From an uncultured Pelagibacteraceae bacterium (lineage in GTDB: Bacteria; Pseudomonadota; Alphaproteobacteria; Pelagibacterales; Pelagibacteraceae), in contig CACNFY010000007.1 of assembly GCA_902619925.1 (NCBI GenBank), positions 2,294 through 66,293 of the forward strand: 64,000 nucleotides of DNA, given 5' to 3'. Below, piece after piece: positions 11,016 through 22,220 of the stretch; the first letter of the stretch is position 1, and each line of letters starts with the position of its first letter. The notes under the pieces were generated by a model, which was not told the origin of the DNA, made no database searches, and was given only the letters and a program-made list of their open reading frames with translations. The translations under genes were made by a program, and so were the position numbers.

Positions 11016-12227
11016 TTATACTTTCTCAAACACTAAAGTTGCGTTCGTTCCACCAAATCCGAAGCTATTGGACATAACAGAATTTAAATTAACATTATTC
11101 TCAACTTTGGTAACAATTGGATATTTTTTTGCTTCATCATCCATATCAATAATGTTCGCTGATGCTGCTATAAAATTATTTTTCATCATAATTAAACTAT
11201 AAACCGCCTCATGAACTGAGGTAGCACCAAGAGAATGACCAGCGAGTGATTTAGTTGAACTAATTTTTGGTTTATAATCTTTAAATACTTCTCCTACTGC
11301 TTTTAACTCTGTAATATCTCCAACAGGCGTAGATGTTCCATGCGTATTAATGTAATCAATTTTATTTTTTGCAGTGCTTAAAGCCATTTGCATACACCTT
11401 ACCGCACCTTCTCCTGAAGGAGCTACCATATCAAAACCATCTGAAGTTGCACCATATCCAGTAATCTCTGCATAAATTTTAGCACCTCTTGCTTTTGCAT
11501 GTTCATATTCTTCTAAAACTAATACACCTCCACCTCCGGAAATTACGAAACCATCTCTTGTTTTATCGTAAGGTCTTGAGGCTTTTTCTGGAGTATCATT
11601 ATACTTTGAAGATAGTGCGGTCATAGCATCAAACATCGCAGTCATTGCAAAATGGACCTCATCACTACCTCCAGCAAATATTATATTTTGTTTACCTAAC
11701 TGAATTAATTCCATTGCATTCCCAATACAATGACCACTTGTTGCACATGCTGAGCTAATTGTGTAATTAACTCCTTTAATTTTAAATGGCACTGCTAAAG
11801 TTGCTGATGCTGTACTAGACATTGTTCTCGGAACAACAAAAGGGCCCATTCTTTTCGGACTTTTTTCCCTTGTTTTATCTGCTGCAAGAATAACATTTTC
11901 AATAGATGGACCACCTGAACCCATTATCATACCAGTTGAAATATTACTCACTTCTTTTTCCTCTAAACCAGAATCTTTCACAGCCTCAGCCATAGATATA
12001 AAATTATAAGCTGATCCAGGCCCCATAAATCTTATAAATTTTCTATCAACATGATCTTCAAGTTTAATATTTGGTTTTCCGTGTATATTACTCTTTAAAT
12101 TGTATTCTTTATATTCTTCTGAAAATGTTATTCCAGACTTGGAGTTCACCAGAGATTGATAAACCTCATCTTGATTGTTTCCTAAACAAGATACGACTCC
12201 AATTCCAGTAATTACAACCCTTTTCAT
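11016..12227 (-). CDS. fabB: beta-ketoacyl-ACP synthase I
   Basis: [20 protein letters not shown]; lies between fabA and fabI. Confidence 0.95.
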   Translation of the reverse strand: MKRVVITGIGVVSCLGNNQDEVYQSLVNSKSGITFSEEYKEYNLKSNIHGKPNIKLEDHVDRKFIRFMGPGSAYNFISMAEAVKDSGLEEKEVSNISTGMIMGSGGPSIENVILAADKTREKSPKRMGPFVVPRTMSSTASATLAVPFKIKGVNYTISSACATSGHCIGNAMELIQLGKQNIIFAGGSDEVHFAMTAMFDAMTALSSKYNDTPEKASRPYDKTRDGFVISGGGGVLVLEEYEHAKARGAKIYAEITGYGATSDGFDMVAPSGEGAVRCMQMALSTAKNKIDYINTHGTSTPVGDITELKAVGEVFKDYKPKISSTKSLAGHSLGATSVHEAVYSLIMMKNNFIAASANIIDMDDEAKKYPIVTKVENNVNLNSVMSNSFGFGGTNATLVFEKV

Positions 12228-12727
12228 TATTTGAATAATCCCACTTTTAAGTTTTCAGCACTATAAATTTTTTTACCGTCAGCAAGCAAAATTCCATTTG
12301 CTAGACCAACAGTTGTCCCCTCTTTGACCAGTATCCTTTTCATATCTATTTGATAGAATGCAGTTTTGCATTTTTTTAGAACTTCGCCAGTAAATTTGAC
12401 ACTGTTTACACCTAATGCTCTTCCTCTTCCAGGATTTCCAAGCCATCCTAAATAAAAACCAACTAGTTGCCACATTGCATCTAAACCTAAACATCCTGGC
12501 ATTACTGGATCCTCCTTAAAATGACAATCAAAAAACCAAAGTTCATCTTTAATATCTAATTCAGCTTTAATAATACCCTTTTTAAATTCTCCAGTATTTT
12601 CACTAATTTCTGTTATTCTGTCAAACATCAGCATTGGTGGAGAAGGTAGTTTTGCGTTTCCAGGGCCAAAAAGTTCGCCATTTGCGCAGTGAATTAACTC
12701 TTCATAATCAAAGGAATTTTTTTTCAT
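12227..12727 (-). CDS. fabA: 3-hydroxyacyl-ACP dehydratase/isomerase
   Basis: [35 protein letters not shown]; ATG at 12727 preferred over the upstream TTG. Confidence 0.96.
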   Translation of the reverse strand: MKKNSFDYEELIHCANGELFGPGNAKLPSPPMLMFDRITEISENTGEFKKGIIKAELDIKDELWFFDCHFKEDPVMPGCLGLDAMWQLVGFYLGWLGNPGRGRALGVNSVKFTGEVLKKCKTAFYQIDMKRILVKEGTTVGLANGILLADGKKIYSAENLKVGLFK

Positions 12728-12795
12728 TACCAAATTCTTAGTACTTGATTATGGCATAATTTAATATAAATTTCTCCAATATAAGTGTATTTATA

Positions 12796-13209
12796 ATGAG
12801 CAATAACCTAGATTTTGTTGCAAAACTAAGAAATTCCGGCTTAAGACCGACAAAGCAAAGAATAAAAATTTGTCAAATTTTGTTTGGAGGAAGAGAAACA
12901 TTTCATTTTTCTATAAATGAACTTTCAAAAATTATTGATCGGAACACTAATGAAAAAATATCTTTAGCAACAATATATAATACAGTGCATGCATTTTTAG
13001 GTAAAGGATATTTAAAACAAATCGCTGTAAATTCTGAACAAAGTTATTATGATACAAACACTTCAGATCATCATCATTTTTATGATGAAGACAAAAATCA
13101 ACTAATTGATATTCACGATAGTGAAGTTGAGCCTGTAAAGATAAATAAAAAAATTCCTGGCAAAAGGATCAAATCTATAGAAGTTTTAGTGAAAGTTCAG
13201 AATAACTAA
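12796..13209 (+). CDS. irr: Fur-family iron response regulator Irr
   Basis: GLRPTKQR, SLATIYNT, YYDTNTSDHHHFY with the HHH motif of Irr; divergent from fabA as in many Alphaproteobacteria. Confidence 0.8.
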   Translation: MSNNLDFVAKLRNSGLRPTKQRIKICQILFGGRETFHFSINELSKIIDRNTNEKISLATIYNTVHAFLGKGYLKQIAVNSEQSYYDTNTSDHHHFYDEDKNQLIDIHDSEVEPVKINKKIPGKRIKSIEVLVKVQNN

Positions 13210-13244
13210 CTGTTAAATTTAAGTTAAATTTTGCCGCAACTCTC

Positions 13245-13274
13245 TTGATTATTAGTTTAGAATAGTTATAATCT
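13245..13274 (+). promoter_or_regulatory. katG promoter overlapped by an ICE (Irr) box
   Basis: TTGATT-N16-TATAAT; AGTTTAGAATAGTTATAATCT (13254-13274) against the ICE consensus TTTAGAA-N3-TTCTAAA. Confidence 0.6.
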
Positions 13275-13278
13275 ATGA

Positions 13279-15492
13279 ATGAGTAAGGAAATACTTAAAG
13301 AGAAATCAAAATGTCCATTCACTGGTGCCGGAACACCTGCCAAACATCCTACAGGAAAAGGTACGTCGAATAGAGATTGGTGGCCAAATAGCCTAAATTT
13401 AAAAATATTAAGCCAACATTCGAGTCTAGTTAATCCAATGGATGAAAAATTTAAATATGCAAAAGAATTTAAAAAACTAAATTATAAAAAACTAAAAAAA
13501 GATTTAAAGAAATTAATGACCGACTCACAAGACTGGTGGCCTGCTGACTATGGGCACTATGGTCCATTATTTATCAGATTAGCATGGCACGCTGCTGGCA
13601 CTTATAGAACTGCTGATGGTAGAGGTGGTGCTGGTACAGGAAACCAAAGATTTGCACCTTTGAATAGTTGGCCGGACAACGTTAATTTGGATAAAGCAAG
13701 GTTGTTATTATGGCCAATAAAAAAAAAATATGGAAATAAAATTTCTTGGGCTGACTTGTTCATTTTAGTTGGAAATGTTGCTTTAGACTCGATGGGGTTC
13801 AAAACTTTTGGATTTGGCGCCGGAAGAGAAGACATTTGGGAACCGGAGGAAGATATATATTGGGGATCAGAGAAGGAGTGGCTTGGTGTAAATAGATACA
13901 GTGGAAAAAGAGACTTAGAACAACCACTTGGGGCTTCGCACATGGGATTGATATATGTAAATCCTCAAGGACCTGATGCAAATCCAGATCCATTATTAGC
14001 AGCTCACGATATAAGAGAAACTTTTGGAAGAATGGCAATGAATGATTATGAGACTGCTGCCTTGGTTGCAGGTGGACACACCTTTGGTAAATCTCATGGG
14101 GCGGCACCAGAGTCTCATAAAGGGCCTGAACCTGAAGGTTCAAAAATTCATGAACAATCTACAGGATGGAATAGTAATTATAGAACCGGAAAAGGAGTTG
14201 ACACTATAAGTAGCGGTATAGAGGGAGCTTGGACACAGAACCCAATTAAATGGGACATGGGTTATCTAGATTGTTTATATGATCATGAATGGGAATTAAC
14301 AAAAAGTCCAGCGGGTGCACATCAATGGACACCAAAGAAAAATGGACAGTATATAAAAATGGTTCCAGATGCTCATATAAAAAATAAATTTCATCCACCA
14401 ATGATGCAAACAACAGATATTTCCCTAAAAGTTGATCCAAGTTATGGGCCAATTACTAAACATTTTCACAAAAATCCTAAAGAATTCCATGATGCATTTG
14501 CTAGAGCTTGGTTTAAATTAACTCATAGAGATATGGGACCCAAAGTATGCTATTTAGGTCCCGAAGTACCAAAAGAAAATTTAATTTGGCAAGACCCCAT
14601 TCCAAAACAAAAATATAGATTAAAAAATAAAGATATTAAAATTCTTGAAAATAAGATCTTAAAATCTGGTCTAACAATTTCCCAAATGGTATTAACAGCT
14701 TGGGCATCGGCTTCAACTTTTAGAGGATCTGACAAAAGAGGTGGAGCTAATGGTGCTAGAATAAGATTACAACCCCAAAAAGATTGGAATATAAATAAAA
14801 TTGCTAAAGTTGAAAAAGTTATTAAAGTTTTAGAAAAAATAAAAAGAGGTTTCGATAATAAGAATAAAAATGTCTCTATTGCGGATTTGATAATTTTATC
14901 GGGAAATATTGCTATAGAAAAAGCCGCTAAAAAAGCTGGTCACAACATAAAAGTTCCTTTCATGCAAGGAAGGGGAGACGCAAATCAAGCGCAAACTGAT
15001 GTAAATTCATTTAATTTATTAGAACCCAAAGCAGATGGTTTCGTAAATTACCAAAGTCAAAATTTAAGTTCTTCACCAGAGGAGATGTTAATTGATAAAG
15101 CACAGTTGATGGGGTTAACAATCCCGGAAATGACAGTTTTATTTGGAGGAATGAGATCACTTAATACAAATTTTGATGGGTCAAAATATGGTGTATTTAC
15201 AAAAAATCCTGGAACATTAACTAACGATTATTTTAAAAATCTATTAGATATGAACATTACCTGGAGTGAAAAAGATATAAATGAACAATATTTTCAGGGA
15301 AAAAATAGAAAAAATAATAAAGTTGTTTGGGAAGGGTCAAGAGTAGACCTCATTTTTGGTTCTAACTCTCAACTTAGAGCAATTTCAGAAGTATACGCAT
15401 CTGACGACGCTAATCAAAAATTTGTAAAAGATTTCGCTAGAGTCTGGTCAAAAGTGATGAACCTTGATAGATTTGATAAAAAAATTAATTAA
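13279..15492 (+). CDS. katG: catalase-peroxidase
   Basis: [27 protein letters not shown]; two-domain 737-aa architecture. Confidence 0.98.
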   Translation: MSKEILKEKSKCPFTGAGTPAKHPTGKGTSNRDWWPNSLNLKILSQHSSLVNPMDEKFKYAKEFKKLNYKKLKKDLKKLMTDSQDWWPADYGHYGPLFIRLAWHAAGTYRTADGRGGAGTGNQRFAPLNSWPDNVNLDKARLLLWPIKKKYGNKISWADLFILVGNVALDSMGFKTFGFGAGREDIWEPEEDIYWGSEKEWLGVNRYSGKRDLEQPLGASHMGLIYVNPQGPDANPDPLLAAHDIRETFGRMAMNDYETAALVAGGHTFGKSHGAAPESHKGPEPEGSKIHEQSTGWNSNYRTGKGVDTISSGIEGAWTQNPIKWDMGYLDCLYDHEWELTKSPAGAHQWTPKKNGQYIKMVPDAHIKNKFHPPMMQTTDISLKVDPSYGPITKHFHKNPKEFHDAFARAWFKLTHRDMGPKVCYLGPEVPKENLIWQDPIPKQKYRLKNKDIKILENKILKSGLTISQMVLTAWASASTFRGSDKRGGANGARIRLQPQKDWNINKIAKVEKVIKVLEKIKRGFDNKNKNVSIADLIILSGNIAIEKAAKKAGHNIKVPFMQGRGDANQAQTDVNSFNLLEPKADGFVNYQSQNLSSSPEEMLIDKAQLMGLTIPEMTVLFGGMRSLNTNFDGSKYGVFTKNPGTLTNDYFKNLLDMNITWSEKDINEQYFQGKNRKNNKVVWEGSRVDLIFGSNSQLRAISEVYASDDANQKFVKDFARVWSKVMNLDRFDKKIN

Positions 15493-15499
15493 ATAATTT

Positions 15500-15748
15500 A
15501 TGGTTGAACTAACACAAGGTATATTTCAAACAAGCAAAGCCGTTTTTAAAAATAACAAAGGCTCACTTTTAAGAACTTTAATTTATACAATTGGGCACTT
15601 TGCGATTGCTATTATATGTTTGATGTTGATCGCAGATGTTTCATTCATGATAGCATTGACAGACGCAATTGTTGAGCCTTTAGCTAATTCAATTTGGTAT
15701 TTCGTTCTAGATAAAATTTGGACTGCTAAGTTTTCTAAAAAATCCTAA
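15500..15748 (+). CDS. small membrane protein (DUF2061-like)
   Basis: 82 aa with two hydrophobic segments, LLRTLIYT..H and EP..NS.WYFVLDKIW pattern. Confidence 0.55.
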   Translation: MVELTQGIFQTSKAVFKNNKGSLLRTLIYTIGHFAIAIICLMLIADVSFMIALTDAIVEPLANSIWYFVLDKIWTAKFSKKS

Positions 15749-16200
15749 TTTTTCCTACCCCATAGATCTTTATTCTCTATCCAACCAGAGTATTCATCAG
15801 TTTGAATCTTGCACCATTTTTTTTCACATTTTTTAATTATTAACAATCTACCGCCTTTTATTTTTGCAATTGGCTTTGAAAATTTAGATGCTTTTTTGAA
15901 CATATTAGTATCTTTTAATGTCACTAAAGATTTTGATTTTTGTAATTGAGATATGTGTATCCAACCACTATTCTTTTTATGATCGATTATACGTCTAAAG
16001 TTTTCTTTTTTATCAATAATTTCTACAGGGAGAAATTTTTTTTTGTAAATAAATTTTATTGGATAATCAAAACTTGGTCCATATCTTACATTTACTTTAT
16101 CATTTTTTAACATTAAAAAAAAATTTTCAAATGAAAAAGAGTAATCGTTAGTAAAAAAAACAAAATACAAAATAGTTATAATTCTTTTAAAATATTTCAT
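15745..16200 (-). CDS. exported tandem bacterial SH3-domain protein
   Basis: Signal peptide, VNVRYGPS..YP, GWIH, WCKI...GWI...LWG. Confidence 0.8.
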   Translation of the reverse strand: MKYFKRIITILYFVFFTNDYSFSFENFFLMLKNDKVNVRYGPSFDYPIKFIYKKKFLPVEIIDKKENFRRIIDHKKNSGWIHISQLQKSKSLVTLKDTNMFKKASKFSKPIAKIKGGRLLIIKKCEKKWCKIQTDEYSGWIENKDLWGRKN

Positions 16201-16947
16201 TTAAATATTTTTAATTTTGCTAAATTTGACTTTCCTAAAATTTAAATTCAATAAGTCCAAAATTAATATCTGACCATTTAGATTTTTACCTATATTTAAA
16301 ATTTTTTTTAGAATTTCATTGGATTGAATGCTTCCAATTATTCCGGCTACTGATCCTAAAACCCCCTCATATTCACAATTTAATATATCATCAGAAACCT
16401 TCTTTTCTTGAAAAAAACTTCTTATACATGGAGTATTTTTTTTTTTAAAATCAAATGTGAAAATATGTCCTTCAAACTTTCTTATAGCACCAGTGACAAG
16501 AAACTTCTCTGATTTTTTGCAGAAATCATTTGTCAGAAATTTTGTTTCAAAATTATCAGAACCGTCTACAATATATTCATAGTTTTTAAAAATACTTTTA
16601 CAATTTTTTTGATTTAATTTTAAATCATAACAATCAATTTTTGTATTTGAATTAATCCTTTTCAATTTAATTTTTGCAGATAACACTTTTGATTTATTTA
16701 AATCTTCATTATCATAAAGACTCTGACGATGAATATTAGATAAATCAACTTTATCAAAATCTACCAAACCAATTTTTCCAACACCAGCTCTTGTTAAAAA
16801 TTCTGCCGCAGGACAACCCAAACCTCCCATTCCAATTATTAATACTTTTGATTGGATTATTTTTTTTTGACCTAAAACACCTATATTTTTTAATACAATT
16901 TGTCTTGAAAATCTTTTTAATTGGTTTTTATTTAATTTTAAATTCAT
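16201..16947 (-). CDS. moeB: MoeB/ThiF family adenylyltransferase
   Basis: RFSRQI, GMGGLG, DFDKVDLSNIHRQ, DGSDNF. Confidence 0.85.
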   Translation of the reverse strand: MNLKLNKNQLKRFSRQIVLKNIGVLGQKKIIQSKVLIIGMGGLGCPAAEFLTRAGVGKIGLVDFDKVDLSNIHRQSLYDNEDLNKSKVLSAKIKLKRINSNTKIDCYDLKLNQKNCKSIFKNYEYIVDGSDNFETKFLTNDFCKKSEKFLVTGAIRKFEGHIFTFDFKKKNTPCIRSFFQEKKVSDDILNCEYEGVLGSVAGIIGSIQSNEILKKILNIGKNLNGQILILDLLNLNFRKVKFSKIKNI

Positions 16948-17381
16948 TTGCCTGTTGAACCAAATCCACCAGACCCTCTAATTGTATCATCCAATTTACT
17001 AACTTCTTCAAACTTAAATTTTAAAACTGGCATTAATACCATTTGAGCTATCCTATCTCCATTTTTGACATCAAATTTTTCATTACCATGATTAATTAAT
17101 ATAATCTTAATTTCACCCCTATAATCGCTATCAATAGTTCCTGGTGTATTTAAAACGCTTACATTAGATTTAGCTGCCAACCCTGATCTTGGCCTTATTT
17201 GAATCTCTAGATCGTCTGGAATCGCAATTGATAAGCCAGTAGGAATTATCTTAGACTCTCCTGGGTCTAAAGTAATTTTATTCTCTAATAAAGCCATAAT
17301 ATCAACACCGGAAGCTCCTTCAGTTTTATATTCTGGGATTTTAGCTTTTGGATCAAGTTTTTTGATTTGAACTTTGATCAT
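16944..17381 (-). CDS. dut: dUTPase
   Basis: RPRSGLA, GTIDSDYRGE, RGSGGFGSTG. Confidence 0.97.
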   Translation of the reverse strand: MIKVQIKKLDPKAKIPEYKTEGASGVDIMALLENKITLDPGESKIIPTGLSIAIPDDLEIQIRPRSGLAAKSNVSVLNTPGTIDSDYRGEIKIILINHGNEKFDVKNGDRIAQMVLMPVLKFKFEEVSKLDDTIRGSGGFGSTGK

Positions 17382-17385
17382 AAAT

Positions 17386-18585
17386 TCAATTTAATTCAGA
17401 ATTAACTCTTTTCACTATTTCGTTCGCTATCAATGATTTTTTCATCTTTGAAATTTTTTCCATATCTTTTTTTCTATAGAATATTGAAATTTCGTTATAG
17501 TCTGAATTAAAACCAATATGTTCGTTACTAACATCATTTGCTATAATCCAATCACAATTTTTTTGGTTAAGTTTTAACAATGAATTTGACTCAATATTCT
17601 CAGTTTCAGCTGAAAAACCTATTACTAATTTAGGTCTTAAAGAATTATGTTTTGATACATGATCTAAAATATCTTTATTTTTAATCATATTCAAATTTAT
17701 AGAGTCTGTTTTTTTTATTTTATTGTTACTAATTTTATCAACTTTAAAATCTGATACTGCTGCTGAAAAAATAGCGACATCTACAGGTAGGTTATTAATT
17801 GTTTGTTCAAACATTTGATCGGCAGAATTTATTTTGATTAATTTTACATTCATAGGTGGTTTTAAATTAGTAGGTCCTGAAATAAGTGTTGTATCATATC
17901 CATTATTGACAAAAGCTTTTGCAATTTCATATCCCTGTTTACCACTAGATCTATTTGATATAAATCTTACAGGGTCTATTGTTTCTATTGTAGGTCCAGC
18001 AGTGACTAAAACCTTTAATTTTTTATTTTTACTTAAAACTTCAAAGTATTGATTTATAATTTTTAAAATTTCAGCTGGTTCAGTCATTTTTCCTTCACCA
18101 TATTCTCCACAAGCCATATCTCCGGTTTCAGGACCAATTATCATATAGCCGTATTCTTTTAATTTTTTAATATTTTCTTTGTTTGACTTATGCTCCCACA
18201 TTCTGACATTCATAGCTGGAACCATTAAAATTTGTTTATTTGATGCCAAAGTCACAGTCGATGCTAGATCGTCAGCCATTCCGTTACTTAATTTTGAAAT
18301 AGTATTGGCTGTAGCCGGAGCAATTAAAATTACATCAGCCCATCTAGATAAAGAAATATGATCCATTTCCTTTTCATTTTCTGGATCAAATAAGTCTGTA
18401 TAAACCTTCTCTTGAGACAAAGATGCCACTGAAAGAGGAGTTACAAATTTTGTAGCAGATTCTGTTAAAATTGTTTTTACCTCTATGCCACTTTTTTTGA
18501 ATAACCTAATTAATTCTAAACTTTTATAAGCGGCAATACCTCCACAGATTATAAGAAGAATTTTTTTATTATTTAAATTATTCAT
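17386..18585 (-). CDS. coaBC: phosphopantothenoylcysteine decarboxylase/ligase
   Basis: GGIAAYKS, PATAN, PAMNVRMW, TAGPT..IDPVRFISNRSSGKQG. Confidence 0.96.
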   Translation of the reverse strand: MNNLNNKKILLIICGGIAAYKSLELIRLFKKSGIEVKTILTESATKFVTPLSVASLSQEKVYTDLFDPENEKEMDHISLSRWADVILIAPATANTISKLSNGMADDLASTVTLASNKQILMVPAMNVRMWEHKSNKENIKKLKEYGYMIIGPETGDMACGEYGEGKMTEPAEILKIINQYFEVLSKNKKLKVLVTAGPTIETIDPVRFISNRSSGKQGYEIAKAFVNNGYDTTLISGPTNLKPPMNVKLIKINSADQMFEQTINNLPVDVAIFSAAVSDFKVDKISNNKIKKTDSINLNMIKNKDILDHVSKHNSLRPKLVIGFSAETENIESNSLLKLNQKNCDWIIANDVSNEHIGFNSDYNEISIFYRKKDMEKISKMKKSLIANEIVKRVNSELN

Positions 18586-18592
18586 TGCTAAA

Positions 18593-20161
18593 TTAAAATA
18601 CTATTAAACCTAAAAAGACAACAGCTATTAAGCCAATAATACTTTGATTTCTAAAAGATTTCAATTCTAGTTGTTTCTCTTTAAAAGCAGAATATGAGTT
18701 TGATTTTTCTGGTATCTGACCTCCAGCTAAATACGTTAGAGCTTGATTAGCCTTATCCATTAATTCAGGTAATTCCGGCATACGTTTTAAAGCCTCAGCT
18801 GTATCTTTTATTGTATCACTAAAATTTGTAATTGGATCTTTTGTTTCCTTAAGCCATTTTTCAAGAACTGGTCTTGATGTTTCCCAAATATTAGTATCAG
18901 GATTTAACTTTCTTGCAACACCCTCAACTACCACCATTGTTTTTTGAAGCATCAATAATTGTGGTTGAGTTTGCATATTGAATTTATCAGTAATTTCAAA
19001 TAGCTGTTTTAAGAGTTTTCCACCTGATATATCTTTTACTTTTTGACCAAATATAGGCTCCCCAATAGATCTTAAAGCTTGAGATAAAGACTCTACTTGT
19101 GTATTTTTAGGCACAAGTCCTGCTAATATGTGTACTTCAGCAACTTTTTTGTAATCTCTTTTGATAAATCCATAAAGAATTTCAGCCAAAAATTTTCTAT
19201 TTATTTTATCTATTCTTCCCATTATACCAAAATCTACTGGAACAATTTGGCCGTTTTCATTCACAAATAAATTTCCTTGGTGCATATCAGCATGAAAAAA
19301 ACCGTCTCTTACTGCATGCCTTAAAAAATGCTGTATTACTTCAGATGCTATTGCTTTTATATCAATATTTTTTTCGATTAATTTATCTTTTTCTCTTATT
19401 GATACACCATCAATCCAATCAAGAGTCATTACTTCTTCACTTGTAAAGTTCCAATATATTTTTGGAACTTTAAATCCACTATCATTTTTTGTGTTTTCTA
19501 AATATTCATTTGCCGCAGCCGCCTCAAACCTTAAATCCATTTCGTGATTTGTTATTTGTTTTAACAAAAATACAACTTCAACAAGTCTTAATCTCTTTGA
19601 ATTTTTTACTAACGATTCTATTATGTAAGCAAATAGCATTAAAGCTTCAATCTGTTCATTAAATATTTTTTTTATATTTGGTCTTAATATTTTTATTGCA
19701 ACATCTTTTATTACTCCATTATCGTTAATTTGAGCTTTATGTACCTGAGCAATAGAAGCTGCAGCAACTGGGTCACCAAAGTTAATTACAAGATTATAAT
19801 TATCTATACCTATGTTATTTTTCAGAGTTTCTATTGCTTGTTCTTTAGAAAATGGTGGAACTCTGTCTTGCAGTTTTTCTAATTGAGAAGATAATTTGTC
19901 CCCTATTATATCTGGTCTTGTTGACAAAAATTGACCTAATTTTATAAAACTTGTTCCCATTTGTTGTATTGAATTGCATAATTTTTCCTCGTCACTTAAC
20001 TTACTGTTATCTACTTTTTTTTTAGAAAACCTTATAGAGAGTAAATTAAAAATAAATCTTATAAAAGCTGGCGGTTTATGCACTTTATATATAACTCCAA
20101 GGGCATCTGACAAAGCTAAAGTTCTTCCAATTTTGAATAGAGTTATAATTTTTTTTATCAT
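18593..20161 (-). CDS. ubiB: ubiquinone biosynthesis kinase-like protein UbiB
   Basis: IKLGQFLSTRPD, AAASIAQVH, FFHADMHQGN, DFG; start placed at the TAATG overlap with the ubiE stop. Confidence 0.95.
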   Translation of the reverse strand: MIKKIITLFKIGRTLALSDALGVIYKVHKPPAFIRFIFNLLSIRFSKKKVDNSKLSDEEKLCNSIQQMGTSFIKLGQFLSTRPDIIGDKLSSQLEKLQDRVPPFSKEQAIETLKNNIGIDNYNLVINFGDPVAAASIAQVHKAQINDNGVIKDVAIKILRPNIKKIFNEQIEALMLFAYIIESLVKNSKRLRLVEVVFLLKQITNHEMDLRFEAAAANEYLENTKNDSGFKVPKIYWNFTSEEVMTLDWIDGVSIREKDKLIEKNIDIKAIASEVIQHFLRHAVRDGFFHADMHQGNLFVNENGQIVPVDFGIMGRIDKINRKFLAEILYGFIKRDYKKVAEVHILAGLVPKNTQVESLSQALRSIGEPIFGQKVKDISGGKLLKQLFEITDKFNMQTQPQLLMLQKTMVVVEGVARKLNPDTNIWETSRPVLEKWLKETKDPITNFSDTIKDTAEALKRMPELPELMDKANQALTYLAGGQIPEKSNSYSAFKEKQLELKSFRNQSIIGLIAVVFLGLIVF

Positions 20162-20865
20162 TAAATTTTCCATCCAGAGTGAATTGCTACAATTCCACCA
20201 CTTAAATTAATATAATTGCTATCAACAAATCCCTCTCCTTTTAACATATCTAATAATTCATTTTGATTCATAAACTTATCAATACTTTTGACAAGATACT
20301 CATAGGGCTCCTTTTCTCCTACAACAAACTTTCCAAATATAGGAATTAAATTTGAATATTTTTTATAAATATATTCTAAGCTTGGATTTTCAATTTTTGA
20401 AAATTCCAAACATAAAAAACGTCCTCCATTTTTTAAAACCCTGTATGCTTCTGCAATTGATTTTTTCTTGTTTGAGGTGTTTCTCAACCCAAAACTAATA
20501 GTATAAAAATCAAATGTCTGATCCTTTACGGACAGGTTCTCAGCTGCACAAACCTTCCATTCTATATTTTTAAATTTTTTAAGTCTTTTTTTTCCTTCAT
20601 CAATCATTTTTGAGTTTGGATCAACCGATAAAATTTTCGATTTATAATTTGTTGCTAGAGAAAACAATTTGCCAATATCTCCAGTTCCACAACCTACATC
20701 AATTAAGCTTTGATTTTTACCAGGGTTCATAGTGGTAACTAGTTGCTTCTTCCAATTTCTATGTATACCAAATGACATTAAATCGTTCATTAAATCATAT
20801 TTACTATAAACTTTATTGAATACATCTTGAATGAACTTTTGGTCTTGTTGTAAATTTTCTGTCAT
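20161..20865 (-). CDS. ubiE: ubiquinone/menaquinone C-methyltransferase
   Basis: YDLMNDLMSFGIH, DVGCGTGD, ISFGLRN, LEFS. Confidence 0.95.
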   Translation of the reverse strand: MTENLQQDQKFIQDVFNKVYSKYDLMNDLMSFGIHRNWKKQLVTTMNPGKNQSLIDVGCGTGDIGKLFSLATNYKSKILSVDPNSKMIDEGKKRLKKFKNIEWKVCAAENLSVKDQTFDFYTISFGLRNTSNKKKSIAEAYRVLKNGGRFLCLEFSKIENPSLEYIYKKYSNLIPIFGKFVVGEKEPYEYLVKSIDKFMNQNELLDMLKGEGFVDSNYINLSGGIVAIHSGWKI

Positions 20866-20897
20866 AATATAATTTTGTTAAAGTAATATAGTAATAA

Positions 20898-21761
20898 ATG
20901 CCAGAATTGCCAGAAGTAGAAATAGTCAAACTATCATTAAAAAAAACAATAAAATCAAAAAAAATACTTAAAGTAAAAGTAAACAATAGAAATTTAAGGT
21001 TTAAAATACAAAAAGACTTTGAGGCACTACTCAAAAGAAGAAAAATAATAGATGTAAATAGAAAAGCAAAATATTTAATCATCATTTTAGATGATAATAA
21101 ATATTTAATAATGCATTTCGGAATGTCGGGCACTTTACATTTATTAAAAAAGGAATTTGATTTTAAAAATACTAATTTAAGTTTTTATAAAGGACAGAAT
21201 TTTCCATCTAAACATAATCACATAGAATTATTTTTTGATAAATTTAAGATTGTATACAATGATCCAAGAAGATTTGGCTTTGTAAAATTTTTAAATTCAA
21301 AAAAAGAGTTGGTAAAATTCCTTAAAAACTTTGGGATAGAACCTTTAGAAAAAAAATTTAATATAAAATATCTTAAAAAAATTCTAAATAATAAGAATAA
21401 AAATATTAAAAATATTCTTTTAGATCAAAAGTATATATCAGGTATAGGGAATATTTACGCAAATGAGATACTTTTTTTTTCTAAGATTAATCCCAATAAA
21501 CTCGGTAAAAAAATAAATATTAGTGAAATGAAAAAATTATTGGTCTTTTCAAAAAAAGTTTTAAGAAAAGCAATCAAAAAAGGTGGATCAACTATTAGAG
21601 ATTTTAAAAACGCTGAGGGTACAAAAGGATCTTTTCAAGATGAATTCAAAGTTTACAACAAAGATGGTTTTAGATGCCCAAATTCTCTTTGTGCTAAATT
21701 TATTAAAAAAATAACAATTTCAAATAGATCTAGTTTTTACTGTCCTGATTGCCAAAAATAG
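20898..21761 (+). CDS. mutM: formamidopyrimidine-DNA glycosylase
   Basis: N-terminal PELPEV, HFGMSG, GIGNIYANE, C-terminal Zn finger. Confidence 0.97.
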   Translation: MPELPEVEIVKLSLKKTIKSKKILKVKVNNRNLRFKIQKDFEALLKRRKIIDVNRKAKYLIIILDDNKYLIMHFGMSGTLHLLKKEFDFKNTNLSFYKGQNFPSKHNHIELFFDKFKIVYNDPRRFGFVKFLNSKKELVKFLKNFGIEPLEKKFNIKYLKKILNNKNKNIKNILLDQKYISGIGNIYANEILFFSKINPNKLGKKINISEMKKLLVFSKKVLRKAIKKGGSTIRDFKNAEGTKGSFQDEFKVYNKDGFRCPNSLCAKFIKKITISNRSSFYCPDCQK

Positions 21762-21812
21762 TAGATAAATATGTTGACCCTATAAACTTTGCAATATATA
21801 TAAACTGCTTTT

Positions 21813-22073
21813 ATGGCTAACACAAAATCTGCAATTAAACGAGTAAGAAGAATATCTAGACAAACTATAGTCAATAAATCTAGAAAAAATAGGTTTAGAA
21901 AAGCTATAAAGAAAATGAATGTTTTGTTAGAAAAAGGCAATAAAAAAGAGGCACTTGGTTTTTTGCCTAAACTAAATTCAGAATTAATGAAAATTGCTAA
22001 AACCGGTATTATAAAAAGACAAAACGCGTCAAGAAATATTTCAAGGATAACAAAAAAAATAAACAACCTTTAG
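21813..22073 (+). CDS. rpsT: 30S ribosomal protein S20
   Basis: MANTKSAIKR N-terminus, 86 aa, basic. Confidence 0.96.
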   Translation: MANTKSAIKRVRRISRQTIVNKSRKNRFRKAIKKMNVLLEKGNKKEALGFLPKLNSELMKIAKTGIIKRQNASRNISRITKKINNL

Positions 22074-22204
22074 TTATAAAAAGCTTTTTGAAGATTAATA
22101 TTTTTTATTAAAATTCTAAATCTATAATTGTAAATCAATAATTCAACTTGTGATCTACGACTTTTTAGTATTTGACACTAAATGCAATTTAATTTCTTAG
22201 ATGC

Positions 22205-22220
22205 TAACAACATATAGTTA
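22205..22220. promoter_or_regulatory. NrdR-box-like palindrome upstream of dnaA
   Basis: TAACAACATATAGTTA against consensus acaCwAtATaTwGtgt; lies just downstream of TTGACA at 22172-22177. Confidence 0.55.
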
